From NCBI GenBank assembly GCA_027084145.1, contig JALWLM010000504.1:1-32213 (forward strand): a stretch of 32,213 bases of DNA, in the 5' to 3' direction. Positions 19,897 through 29,209 of the stretch are shown here, piece by piece. Numbering within the stretch: position 1 is the stretch's first letter; each line of letters opens with the position of its first letter. The DNA is from Crocinitomicaceae bacterium. Lineage in GTDB: Bacteria; Bacteroidota; Bacteroidia; Flavobacteriales_D; Crocinitomicaceae. The notes beneath the pieces were generated by a model that was not told the DNA's origin, did no database searches, and saw only the letters and a program-made list of their open reading frames with translations. A program made the translations under genes and the position numbers.

Positions 19897-21258
19897 ATGG
19901 CGAAGGTAAAATCAGCTTTTTTTTGTCAAAGTTGCGGTTATGAAACCCCGAAATGGTTGGGGAAATGCCCTTCTTGTGGAGAATGGAATACATTTGTAGA
20001 AGAAATTGTGCAAAAACAAGTTGCTCAAGTAGTTGCCTTCTCAAAATCAGAAACAACAGCAAAGCCATTTTCCTTAGATACAATAGAAGAGGCAGATCAC
20101 CCGAGATTAACGCTTCCTGATGAAGAATTAAACAGAGTGCTGGGAGGTGGTTTGGTTTTAGGATCTTTAATATTATTTGGAGGTGAACCGGGGATAGGGA
20201 AATCTACTTTACTTCTTCAATTAGCTGTAACATCAGAAAAATTAAAAGTGCTATACGTATCAGGAGAAGAAAGTTTACAACAAATTAAAATGCGTTCGGA
20301 AAGAATAGGAGGAGGAAATAAGGAGTGCTATATTTTAACAGAAACCAATATTCAAAATATCTTCAAACAGGCAGAACAAATAGAACCGGATTTGTTAATT
20401 ATTGATTCTATTCAAACGATTTATTCTCCTCAAATAGAAAGTTCTCCGGGAAGTATCTCTCAAGTGAGAGAATCAACAGCACAACTGCTTCGATATGCTA
20501 AACAATCAAATGTCCCTGTTTTTTTGATAGGTCACATTACTAAAGAAGGTTCTTTGGCAGGTCCGAAAGTACTAGAGCATATGGTTGATACGGTTTTACA
20601 ATTTGAAGGAGACCGGAATCATGTTTATCGCTTATTACGGTCTATAAAAAATAGATTTGGAAGTACAAATGAATTGGGGATTTATGAAATGTTGAGTTCA
20701 GGGCTTCGTCAAGTGAAAAACCCTTCTGAGATTTTAATTACCAATACAGATGCTGGTTTAAGTGGGATTGCTATTGCTGCTACTTTGGAAGGAATGCGCC
20801 CGATGCTGATTGAAGTACAGGCATTAGTTAGCACCGCTGCTTATGGAACACCTCAGCGTTCATCCACGGGATTTGATGCTAAACGATTAAACATGCTCCT
20901 TGCGGTAATGGAGAAACGATGTGGTTTTAAATTAGGCACAAAAGATGTTTTCTTAAATATTGCAGGAGGAATCAAAGTAGATGATCCTGCCATTGATTTG
21001 GCGGTGGTAGCTGCAGTACTCTCATCAAATGCTGATATATCAATCCCTAAAAATATTGCTCTATCAGGAGAAATTGGTTTGTCAGGAGAAGTTCGACCTG
21101 TAAATAGAATTGAACAACGAATCTATGAAGCACAAAAATTAGGTTTTGAAAAAATCATCTTGTCCAAGTACAATAAAGGAATAGAAGCGAAAAATTTTGA
21201 CATCGAAATGATTCAATGTGGAAAAATAACGGAAGTTCTAAAAGCACTATTTTCTTAA
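19897..21258 (+). CDS. radA: DNA repair protein RadA/Sms
   Basis: 453 aa. C4 zinc finger CQSCGYETPKWLGKCPSCGEW, Walker A GEPGIGKST, the RadA-specific KNRFG motif, and a Lon-protease-like C-terminal domain. Confidence 0.95.
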   Translation: MAKVKSAFFCQSCGYETPKWLGKCPSCGEWNTFVEEIVQKQVAQVVAFSKSETTAKPFSLDTIEEADHPRLTLPDEELNRVLGGGLVLGSLILFGGEPGIGKSTLLLQLAVTSEKLKVLYVSGEESLQQIKMRSERIGGGNKECYILTETNIQNIFKQAEQIEPDLLIIDSIQTIYSPQIESSPGSISQVRESTAQLLRYAKQSNVPVFLIGHITKEGSLAGPKVLEHMVDTVLQFEGDRNHVYRLLRSIKNRFGSTNELGIYEMLSSGLRQVKNPSEILITNTDAGLSGIAIAATLEGMRPMLIEVQALVSTAAYGTPQRSSTGFDAKRLNMLLAVMEKRCGFKLGTKDVFLNIAGGIKVDDPAIDLAVVAAVLSSNADISIPKNIALSGEIGLSGEVRPVNRIEQRIYEAQKLGFEKIILSKYNKGIEAKNFDIEMIQCGKITEVLKALFS

Positions 21259-21897
21259 TTATTGCTTTAAAATCTTCCAAAAATATCCGGCAACAATAGC
21301 CCCAAAAACCGGTGCTACAATATAAAGCCATAAATGCTCAATATGACCTGATATAATGGCCGGACCTATGCTTCTTGCGGGATTCATACTTGCTCCACAT
21401 ATTGGACCTGCAAATTCAGCTTCCATAAGAACCGTTAACCCAATTGCAATAGGAGCGAAATATTGTTCAATCCTTCTTCCTTGAGAAGTAAATAAGATAA
21501 CCATCATTAATAACAAAGTGAGAATAAATTCTAAAACAAAGGATTGAAGCACAGTCCCGGAAGGTAAACTTGCACCTAGAAACTCATCATTTGGGAATAG
21601 TAGTTTTAAAGTAATACTCGCTAATAATGCTCCAATGATTTGGCTGAGAATATAAGCGAAAAGTTCTTTCTTGGGGTGGAGTTTTAAAAGTACAAGAGAA
21701 ACAGTTACTGCCGGATTCATATGAGCGCCCGAGATTCTCCCAAAAGCAAAAATCATCACGGTAACAATAATTCCAAAGGTGATGGCAACACCCTCATTAG
21801 AAACAATACCACCTGTCTCGACGCTTGTAACAATAGCTCCTGTCCCACAAAAAACAAGAAAAAAAGTGGCAATGAACTCAGCAGTATATCGTTTCAT
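21259..21897 (-). CDS. MIP-family channel (aquaporin), NIP/AqpN-like second NPA context
   Basis: 212 aa, six TM helices, and two NPA boxes (GAHMNPAVT and GASMNPARSIGPA). Its stop codon abuts the radA stop with zero intergenic bases. Confidence 0.9.
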   Translation of the reverse strand: MKRYTAEFIATFFLVFCGTGAIVTSVETGGIVSNEGVAITFGIIVTVMIFAFGRISGAHMNPAVTVSLVLLKLHPKKELFAYILSQIIGALLASITLKLLFPNDEFLGASLPSGTVLQSFVLEFILTLLLMMVILFTSQGRRIEQYFAPIAIGLTVLMEAEFAGPICGASMNPARSIGPAIISGHIEHLWLYIVAPVFGAIVAGYFWKILKQ

Positions 21898-21970
21898 GAT
21901 TTATTATTTAAAAAATAGGGTTCAATATTACATATTTTTAGCTTTTACTTTCATTTCTTTTTGTTTTTTT

Positions 21971-21978
21971 TATCTTTG
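21971..21978 (+). promoter_or_regulatory. Candidate -7 promoter box (TAnnTTTG) for the antiporter gene; second copy of the TTATC-TTT-GATAA element
   Basis: TATCTTTG ends 26 nt before the ATG at 22004, counting from its last G at 21978. This is the same spacing as at radA. Confidence 0.45.
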
Positions 21979-22003
21979 ATAACAATCAATTAATTTATTT
22001 TAA

Positions 22004-23293
22004 ATGAATCCATATTTATTAATTATTGCCTTTTCGGGTATCATTATTTTAAGCTTCTTTTTTAATATTTTATCAAAGAAAACGAATATACCTTCGGTAT
22101 TGATGCTTATTGGTCTTGGCATGCTTATTCGAGTTTGGATGAAATCAAATGGTATTATAGGAGAAGATTTACGGTTAAATAAAATTTTGGAAGTACTGGG
22201 AAACATAGGAATTGTAATGATTGTACTTGAAGCGGCGTTAGATTTAAAATTAAGAAAAGAAAAAAAAGGATTGATTTTAAAATCTTTTTTGATTGCTACA
22301 TTGGGAATTACTTTTTCCATGTTTGGTCTGGGGGGCTTTTTTATGTATATTTTTCCGAGCACGGATTGGTACACTGCGATTGTCTATGCAATACCATTGA
22401 GTATTATGAGTAGTGCTATCATTATTCCGAGTGTAGGCCGTTTAACGGGGTTAAAAAAAGAATTTATGGTGTACGAAAGCACTTTCTCGGATATTTTGGG
22501 AATTATGATCTTTTATTACGTGCTTGAACCTGAAGTTTTTGCAGGAGAAGGAAGTTTAGCGTGGGGTATTTTTAACAATATTATGGGGACAATCATTCTT
22601 TCGTTGATTGTCGCTTATATTATGGTGTATCTTTTTCAACATTTAAAAATGCAAGTAAAACTTTTCTTAATTATAGGAGTGTTATTGTTATTATTTGCAT
22701 TGGGTAAATATTTTCACTTGTCATCACTTTTACTTATTTTAACATTTGGACTGGTCCTAAATAATACGGATGTTTTTTTTCAAGGTAGGTTATCGAAGAT
22801 TTTCGACAAAGAAAAAGTAGCACCGATATTACATGATTTTCATAACCTAACCTTGGAGTCTGCATTTTTAGTTAGAACCTTCTTTTTTGTTATTTTCGGA
22901 ATTAGTATTTCTTTAGCGTCTTTATATAACTGGGAAGTAGCGGTAAACAGTCTTGCCATTGTTATCATTCTTTATCTTGTGCGTTATATTTTATTGAAAA
23001 TTTTTGCAAAAGATTTTCTTTTCCCGGAAATATGGATTGCTCCTAGGGGATTAATTACAGTTTTACTTTATTTTGTTTTGCTCGAACATCAGTCGGTTGA
23101 TATACCAAATTTTGATACGGGATTATTACTTTATCCGATTTTGATTACAAGTATGACCATGATGTTTGCGTTAATTTCATATAAAGGAGAGAAAGTAACC
23201 GATGTTTTATTTCATAAAAAAACAGGAGAAGAAGATGAAATCCAAAAGAGGATTGATGAAAACACCGAGAACTTTGATTTTGACGGATTTTAA
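22004..23293 (+). CDS. Cation:proton antiporter (Na+/H+ exchanger family, CPA-type)
   Basis: 429 aa and about 11-12 hydrophobic helices. The N-terminus (LLIIAFSGIIILSFFFNILSKKTNIPSVLMLIGLGMLI) is typical of the Na_H_Exchanger family. The C-terminal tail is acidic. Confidence 0.8.
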   Translation: MNPYLLIIAFSGIIILSFFFNILSKKTNIPSVLMLIGLGMLIRVWMKSNGIIGEDLRLNKILEVLGNIGIVMIVLEAALDLKLRKEKKGLILKSFLIATLGITFSMFGLGGFFMYIFPSTDWYTAIVYAIPLSIMSSAIIIPSVGRLTGLKKEFMVYESTFSDILGIMIFYYVLEPEVFAGEGSLAWGIFNNIMGTIILSLIVAYIMVYLFQHLKMQVKLFLIIGVLLLLFALGKYFHLSSLLLILTFGLVLNNTDVFFQGRLSKIFDKEKVAPILHDFHNLTLESAFLVRTFFFVIFGISISLASLYNWEVAVNSLAIVIILYLVRYILLKIFAKDFLFPEIWIAPRGLITVLLYFVLLEHQSVDIPNFDTGLLLYPILITSMTMMFALISYKGEKVTDVLFHKKTGEEDEIQKRIDENTENFDFDGF

Positions 23294-23378
23294 TTTTTTC
23301 TAAACCCAATTTTTATTATTGGCAGATCATTTTAAGATGACTAAACGAATTAGTAGCAATAAAAGCAAAATTATATTG

Positions 23379-23386
23379 TAACTTTG
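23379..23386 (+). promoter_or_regulatory. Candidate -7 promoter box (TAnnTTTG) for the purF-HK-gpmI operon
   Basis: TAACTTTG lies 19 nt upstream of the purF ATG. Confidence 0.45.
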
Positions 23387-23404
23387 CGGTAAACTTTTTT
23401 TACC

Positions 23405-25306
23405 ATGAGTGATGCAATAAAGCATGAGTGTGGGATCGCACTTCTTAGATTAAAAAAACCACTTCAATTTTATGTAGAAAAATATGGAACGCCTTTCTAT
23501 GCATTAAATAAGATGCATTTATTAATGGAAAAGCAGCACAATAGAGGGCAGGATGGTGCCGGTTTGGCAAATATCAAATTTGATATGACTCCGGGAGAAC
23601 GCTATATATCAAGATATCGTTCCATTGATAGTAAACCTATACAAGATATTTTTGATCGAATCAACAAGCGTTTTGAAGAGCTGGAACAAATAGCTCCCGA
23701 TAAAATGAAAGATGTTGATTTTTTAAAGAAAAATGCCGGGTTTACCGGCGAATTATTTCTAGGACATTTAAGATACGGAACTTTTGGAAGAAATTCAATT
23801 GAAAGTTGTCATCCTTTTTTAAGGCAAAACAATTGGATTACTAGAAATTTAGTTGTGGCGGGTAACTTTAATTTGACTAATGTTGATGAGTTATTTCAAG
23901 TGTTACTACATGTCGGTCAGCACCCGAAAGAAATGTCGGATACGGTTACCGTATTAGAAAAGATTGGGCATTTTTTAGATGTTGAAAACCAACGAATGTA
24001 TGATCAATTAAAGCCTCAAGGTTATTCTAATAAAGAAGTTTATGCTAAGATAGCAAGAGACTTGGATATTGTTAGAATATTAAAAAATGCATCGGAAGAT
24101 TGGGATGGAGGTTATGCAATGGCAGGACTTTTTGGACATGGAGATGCTTTTGTATTACGAGATCCTTCAGGAATTCGTCCGGCTTTCTGGTATGAAGATG
24201 ATGAAATTTGTGTTGTCGCATCAGAACGGCCCGTGATTCAAACAGCATTTAATTTAAAGGTAGATGAGATTCAAGAACTAAAGCCCGGACATGCACTTAT
24301 TATCAAAAAAGATGGCAGGGTATCAGAAGAATTAATCAATAAATCTGAAAAAGAGTTAAAATGTTCTTTTGAACGAATTTACTTTTCAAGAGGAAGTGAT
24401 AAAGATATTTATAAGGAAAGAAAACGCTTGGGAATCAATATCGTACCTCAAGTCATGGAGGCAATCGATCACGATTTAGACAATACGGTTTTTTCTTTTA
24501 TTCCCAATACTGCAGAAGTTTCTTTCTTTGGATTGATTAAAGGATTGGAGGATCATTTAAATGAGAAAAAAATAAAACAAATTTTAGAGTTAGGAGAAAA
24601 TCCGAAAGAAGAAGATGTAAAAAAGATTCTTTTGCAAAGAGCAAGAGTTGAAAAAATCGCAATAAAAGATGCAAAATTAAGAACATTTATTACACAAGAT
24701 GATTCGAGAGATGACCTTGTTGCACATGTCTATGATATTACTTATGGAGGAATTCGTAGAGGAAAAGACAATCTGGTAATGATTGATGACAGTATCGTAA
24801 GAGGAACTACGTTAAAACAATCAATTTTACGAATATTAGACCGATTAGGACCAAAGAAAATTGTTATTGTTTCTTCTGCACCTCAAATCAGGTATCCCGA
24901 CTGTTATGGAATTGACATGGCTAAAATGGGAGATTTTATAGCCTTCGAAGCGGCGATAGAATTATTGAGAGAGAGAAATATGACTTATGTAATTGATGAT
25001 GTTTATCGAAAATGTAAAGATCAAATTGATTTACCGAAAGAGCAAATCAAGAATTACGTTAAGGAAATTTATGAACCTTTCACAGATGATGAAATATCCC
25101 AAAAAATCAGTGAATTATTAACGCCACCGACAATTAACGCTCCTGTTCAAATTGTTTATCAAACAATTGAAAATTTACATAAAGCTTGCCCGAATCATTT
25201 GGGAGACTGGTATTTTTCAGGTAATTATCCGACTCCGGGAGGAAATAAGGTGGTTAACAAAGCTTTTATCAATTGGAGAGAAGGAAAAACAGGACGAGCA
25301 TATTAA
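23405..25306 (+). CDS. purF: Amidophosphoribosyltransferase (long Bacteroidota-type PurF)
   Basis: 633 aa. The Ntn glutaminase Cys sits in ...KHECGIA after a short propeptide. The PRTase motif is LVMIDDSIVRGTT. The length matches my recollection of the long Bacteroidota form. Confidence 0.88.
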   Translation: MSDAIKHECGIALLRLKKPLQFYVEKYGTPFYALNKMHLLMEKQHNRGQDGAGLANIKFDMTPGERYISRYRSIDSKPIQDIFDRINKRFEELEQIAPDKMKDVDFLKKNAGFTGELFLGHLRYGTFGRNSIESCHPFLRQNNWITRNLVVAGNFNLTNVDELFQVLLHVGQHPKEMSDTVTVLEKIGHFLDVENQRMYDQLKPQGYSNKEVYAKIARDLDIVRILKNASEDWDGGYAMAGLFGHGDAFVLRDPSGIRPAFWYEDDEICVVASERPVIQTAFNLKVDEIQELKPGHALIIKKDGRVSEELINKSEKELKCSFERIYFSRGSDKDIYKERKRLGINIVPQVMEAIDHDLDNTVFSFIPNTAEVSFFGLIKGLEDHLNEKKIKQILELGENPKEEDVKKILLQRARVEKIAIKDAKLRTFITQDDSRDDLVAHVYDITYGGIRRGKDNLVMIDDSIVRGTTLKQSILRILDRLGPKKIVIVSSAPQIRYPDCYGIDMAKMGDFIAFEAAIELLRERNMTYVIDDVYRKCKDQIDLPKEQIKNYVKEIYEPFTDDEISQKISELLTPPTINAPVQIVYQTIENLHKACPNHLGDWYFSGNYPTPGGNKVVNKAFINWREGKTGRAY

Positions 25307-25309
25307 AAA

Positions 25310-26206
25310 ATGAATCGTAAAACGTCTGTCATATTTTATGTTTTGAGTTTTTATGTCATAGCTCAATTCATTTGGTGGACGTATCATATTTTTGATTTAT
25401 CTACACAAATTAACGGAGGAGAAATCGATCAGCGATACATTCGTATGTTGATAGGAGAAGGTGCAGTTTTTCTTTCCATATTATTTTTTGGAATATGGCA
25501 AATACGAAAATCAATTCAAAAAGAATTGAAACTTTCGGAACGACAAAACAATTTTTTACTTTCAGTAACTCATGAGCTTAAAACTCCGATTGCCTCAAAT
25601 AAACTTTATCTCCAAACGATATTAAAGAGAAAAGAATTGTCAGAGAATCAAAAAAGAGAGTTGATCGAGAAGGCCATCAAGGAAAATGAGAGACTGGAAA
25701 AAATGATTAACAATATTTTGCGTGCATCACAATTGGATCATGGAAAAATAGAATTAAACACAAAGCGGTTGAATGTTGTTCCTGTTTTTAAAGAATTGAT
25801 CAATAGATGGAGAGAAACGAATGAAGACAGAAACATCCATTTTTTGTGTAATAAAGATGAACTGCTTTTTGATGTTGATCTAGGAGCTTTAGAGATGATT
25901 TTGAATAATCTTATCGAGAATGCGTTAAAATACTCAGATGAGAACATTCGTGTTTTTTTAGATGATAAGGGAGAGAAAATTATTTTTGGTGTGTCTGATT
26001 CGGGAGAGGGAATTCCATTGAAATTTAGAAAGGATATTTTTAAAAAGTTTTATCGTTTAGAAGATGAAAACGTTCGATCTAAAAAAGGAAGTGGATTGGG
26101 ATTGTTTATTGTTGGTGAATTGGTAAAACTACACGGGTGGGATATTTCTTGTAAAGAAAATGAAGGAAGCGGGATAACATTTGAAATAAGTTTAAGAAAT
26201 GAATAA
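25310..26206 (+). CDS. Sensor histidine kinase (two TM helices, minimal extracytoplasmic loop), with no cognate response regulator in the window
   Basis: 298 aa. H-box SVTHELKTPI, N-box LNNLIENALKYS, G1 VSDSGEGIP and G2 GSGLGLFIV. The two N-terminal TM helices are separated by about 17 aa. It starts 3 nt after the purF stop and overlaps the gpmI ATG by 8 nt. Confidence 0.85.
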   Translation: MNRKTSVIFYVLSFYVIAQFIWWTYHIFDLSTQINGGEIDQRYIRMLIGEGAVFLSILFFGIWQIRKSIQKELKLSERQNNFLLSVTHELKTPIASNKLYLQTILKRKELSENQKRELIEKAIKENERLEKMINNILRASQLDHGKIELNTKRLNVVPVFKELINRWRETNEDRNIHFLCNKDELLFDVDLGALEMILNNLIENALKYSDENIRVFLDDKGEKIIFGVSDSGEGIPLKFRKDIFKKFYRLEDENVRSKKGSGLGLFIVGELVKLHGWDISCKENEGSGITFEISLRNE

Positions 26207-27701
26207 AAAAGTTGCATTACTCATTTTAGACGGTTGGGGCATCGGTGACAAAAGTAAATCCGATGCAATTTATAATGCCGACACACCGTTTATGGACAGT
26301 TTGATGGAAAACTATCCGAATGCAAAATTAAGGACAGATGGCTTAAATGTGGGGCTTCCTGACGGGCAAATGGGAAATTCTGAAGTAGGCCACATGAATA
26401 TTGGAGCCGGAAGAATTGTTTATCAAGAATTAACAAGAATAAATAAAGCGATAGAAGAAGGGACATTTTTCAAAAATGAAAGATTAAAACAGGCCTTTGA
26501 GAAAGCCAAAAATGGAAAAACACTGCATCTTTTTGGTTTAGTTTCTCGAGGTGGAGTTCACAGTTCTTTAGAACATCTTTTTGCATTGTGTGATATGGCT
26601 AAACAATATGATTTAGAGAAAATCTATATCCATGCTTTCACAGATGGAAGGGATTGTGATCCCAAAAGCGGACTTGGCTTTTTAAAAGAATTGGAAGAAT
26701 ATATTCAAGGAACAAACATAAAAATTGCTACGATTATAGGGCGATATTATGCGATGGATAGAGATAATCGTTGGGAGAGAATAAAAAAAGCGTATGATTT
26801 GATGGTTAAGGAGGAAGGAGAAAAGTTCTCTTCAGTAGAAGAAGCAATGATTTCTAATTATGAGAAGGATATTACAGATGAGTTTATTCTTCCGTGTTTA
26901 ATTGAAGAAGGGGCAGCAATAAAGGACGGGGATGTGGCAATATGTTTCAACTTTAGAACGGATCGTCCAAGAGAAATATCTATTGCTTTAACGCAAAAAG
27001 CTTTTCCTGAATATGAAATGAGACCTCTGAATATTGATTATTACACAATGACAAATTACGATAAGACATTTAAAAATATCACGGTTTTATTTGAAAAGGA
27101 AAATTTAGAGAAGACATTGGGAGAGGTCTTATCTTTAGCAGGAAAAACACAAGTACGAATTGCAGAAACAGAAAAATATCCGCATGTAACTTTCTTTTTT
27201 AACGGAGGAAGGGAAACCGTATTCGATAACGAACGTCGAATTTTAATAGATTCACCGAAAGTCGCAACATATGATTTGAAACCGGAAATGAGTGCTCCGG
27301 AAATAACTGAAGCAATAACAGAAGATATCGATTCCAATGAACCTGATTTTATTTGTCTTAACTTTGCTAATACGGACATGGTGGGTCACACGGGAGTTTA
27401 TGAAGCAATCCTTAAAGCAGCGGAAACAGTTGACAATTGTGTAAGAAAAGTTATTGAAAAAGCATTGGAAAAGGATTATGCAATTATCATTATCGCCGAT
27501 CATGGAAACTCTGATTATGCATTAAATCCTGATGGAACTCCGAATACGGCACATTCATTAAACCCGGTTCCTATTATCGTATTAAACACAAAAGCAAAAA
27601 TGGTAAACGATGGAATCTTAAGGGATGTCGCTCCCACCGTTTTAGATATAATGGAGTTAGATGTACCTCAAGAAATGACAGGAAAATCTTTAATTGTCTG
27701 A
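26199..27701 (+). CDS. gpmI: 2,3-bisphosphoglycerate-independent phosphoglycerate mutase
   Basis: 500 aa. Catalytic-Ser motif MGNSEVGH, metal-site IIADHGNSD, and the typical N-terminus LLILDGWG. Confidence 0.95.
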   Translation: MNKKVALLILDGWGIGDKSKSDAIYNADTPFMDSLMENYPNAKLRTDGLNVGLPDGQMGNSEVGHMNIGAGRIVYQELTRINKAIEEGTFFKNERLKQAFEKAKNGKTLHLFGLVSRGGVHSSLEHLFALCDMAKQYDLEKIYIHAFTDGRDCDPKSGLGFLKELEEYIQGTNIKIATIIGRYYAMDRDNRWERIKKAYDLMVKEEGEKFSSVEEAMISNYEKDITDEFILPCLIEEGAAIKDGDVAICFNFRTDRPREISIALTQKAFPEYEMRPLNIDYYTMTNYDKTFKNITVLFEKENLEKTLGEVLSLAGKTQVRIAETEKYPHVTFFFNGGRETVFDNERRILIDSPKVATYDLKPEMSAPEITEAITEDIDSNEPDFICLNFANTDMVGHTGVYEAILKAAETVDNCVRKVIEKALEKDYAIIIIADHGNSDYALNPDGTPNTAHSLNPVPIIVLNTKAKMVNDGILRDVAPTVLDIMELDVPQEMTGKSLIV

Positions 27702-28214
27702 TTTTAGTTTTTCAATAATCGAAGTCGTAGAATACCCGTCAACTAAAGGGATTGCAACAACTAGCCCTCCGTTTTTTCGAACAATATCCGACCCGACTAT
27801 GTATTTCTTTGAATCTGGATTTTGTTCTTCGGGGTCGTAATCTGAACCTTTGACCAATACATCCGGTAGAAGTTCTTCAATAAGGTGAATAGGCGTATCT
27901 TCATTAAAAAAAACAACCATTTCAACACACCCTAAACCGGCAAGGGTCAATGCTCTCGAGTCGTTATCGTTAATCGGGCGCTCATCTCCTTTTCCTTGCC
28001 TTTTGATAGAATCATCGGTATTTAAACCTACAATTAAACGATTACCTAATTCAGCGGCTTCAGCGAGGTAAGTCACATGACCTTTATGGAGAATATCAAA
28101 GCAACCATTTGTAAAAACAATTTTTTGTTGCTTCAAGCGCCAACCTTTAAGTCGTTTTTTTGCTGTTTCTAAATCGACAATTTTATTTTGAATATAAGAA
28201 AGACGGGTAATCAT
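27690..28214 (-). CDS. RfaE domain-II-like nucleotidyltransferase (D-beta-D-heptose 1-phosphate adenylyltransferase family, cytidylyltransferase fold)
   Basis: 174 aa. HxGH-type motif in FTNGCFDILHKGHVTYL. A stand-alone domain II with no kinase domain. The 3' end overlaps the convergent gpmI by 12 nt. The ATG overlaps the upstream stop (ATGA). Confidence 0.8.
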   Translation of the reverse strand: MITRLSYIQNKIVDLETAKKRLKGWRLKQQKIVFTNGCFDILHKGHVTYLAEAAELGNRLIVGLNTDDSIKRQGKGDERPINDNDSRALTLAGLGCVEMVVFFNEDTPIHLIEELLPDVLVKGSDYDPEEQNPDSKKYIVGSDIVRKNGGLVVAIPLVDGYSTTSIIEKLKSDN

Positions 28215-29203
28215 AATGATTTAATTTTTGGTGTTGGATTTATTTTTTCTTTTTTCTGAATTAAAAATAAGGATAATAATCCAAGTACAACTAATAATGC
28301 TGTTTGTATAACCCATAGAAAAATACCAAAAGCAGGGAAATGAATATTGTATAAAACTAAAACAGCGTTAACCCAAGTAGGATATGCTCCGATACCTCCG
28401 GGGAGGATTGTAATTGCTGCTGCACCGACAACAAACGCTCCAAATATTGCTCCAACAGGCATGTCTTTCGTTTCTTCAAAAGCTTGGGCTATAATCCATA
28501 TGGTGAGAATGTAACATCCCCAGATAAAGAAAGTGTGTAAAAAATAACTCCATTTTTTATCCATTCTCCAAACAGAGAGAATTCCTTCATAAAATCCTCT
28601 AATTTTATTTTTGACAAAAGATTGAAATTTTTTGTGTTTAAAATAAAGTGTAAGTGTAATAATTCCCGCTATTGCTGTTAATAAAAGTGTATACAAAAAC
28701 CACTCATTATTGTTCTCTGACGGAGGATGTTGGGTAATCGCTTTAAATCTCTCGTTGTCTGTTTGTAGAAAACCGGTAATGACAACAACAAGTCCAAGCA
28801 TGATAACGTCAATGATCCGTTCTACAACAATTGTTGCAAAGCTCTTTTCAAAAGGAACATCTTCATAGGTTGTTAATAGTCCGGCTCTTGCAATTTCTCC
28901 TGATCTGGGGACCGTAAAATTGATGACATACCCCGACATAACAGCATGATAACAAGTTGATAAAGATGGGAAATACCCCATTGGATTTAAAAGAAAACGC
29001 CATCGATAGGCACGACTTAGATGACTGAGCCAAGAAACAAATAATCCTAACAAAACCCAAAAATAATTGGCTTCAAAAAAAGCATCTTTTGTCTGTTGAA
29101 TTTCTTCATCTGTCAGACCGCTAAAAAAATACCAAGTAAGATAAATACCTATGAAAATAGGTATAACAATTTTCAATATTTTAATAATTGCTTTCTTTTT
29201 CAA
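28211..29203 (-). CDS. UPF0104 / lysylphosphatidylglycerol-synthase-TM-region-like (flippase-like) membrane protein
   Basis: 330 aa and about 8 TM helices. The N-terminal pattern KKAIIKILKIVIPIFIGIYLTWYFFSGL...AFFEANYFWV matches my recollection of this family in Flavobacteriia. Confidence 0.65.
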   Translation of the reverse strand: MKKKAIIKILKIVIPIFIGIYLTWYFFSGLTDEEIQQTKDAFFEANYFWVLLGLFVSWLSHLSRAYRWRFLLNPMGYFPSLSTCYHAVMSGYVINFTVPRSGEIARAGLLTTYEDVPFEKSFATIVVERIIDVIMLGLVVVITGFLQTDNERFKAITQHPPSENNNEWFLYTLLLTAIAGIITLTLYFKHKKFQSFVKNKIRGFYEGILSVWRMDKKWSYFLHTFFIWGCYILTIWIIAQAFEETKDMPVGAIFGAFVVGAAAITILPGGIGAYPTWVNAVLVLYNIHFPAFGIFLWVIQTALLVVLGLLSLFLIQKKEKINPTPKIKSL

Positions 29204-29209
29204 AAAAAC

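Noticed and set aside
21721-22374. Plus-strand ORFs inside the aquaporin gene (21721-21918, 21779-21979), and a minus-strand 124-aa ORF (22000-22374) inside the antiporter gene.
   Set aside because: They are antisense to genes with clear family motifs (NPA boxes; the Na_H_Exchanger N-terminus) and have no independent support.
23337-23381. 14-codon upstream ORF (MTKRISSNKSKIIL*) before purF, considered as a leader peptide.
   Set aside because: It overlaps and precedes the predicted -7 box at 23379-23386, so it probably lies upstream of the transcription start. It is not enriched in pathway-relevant codons.
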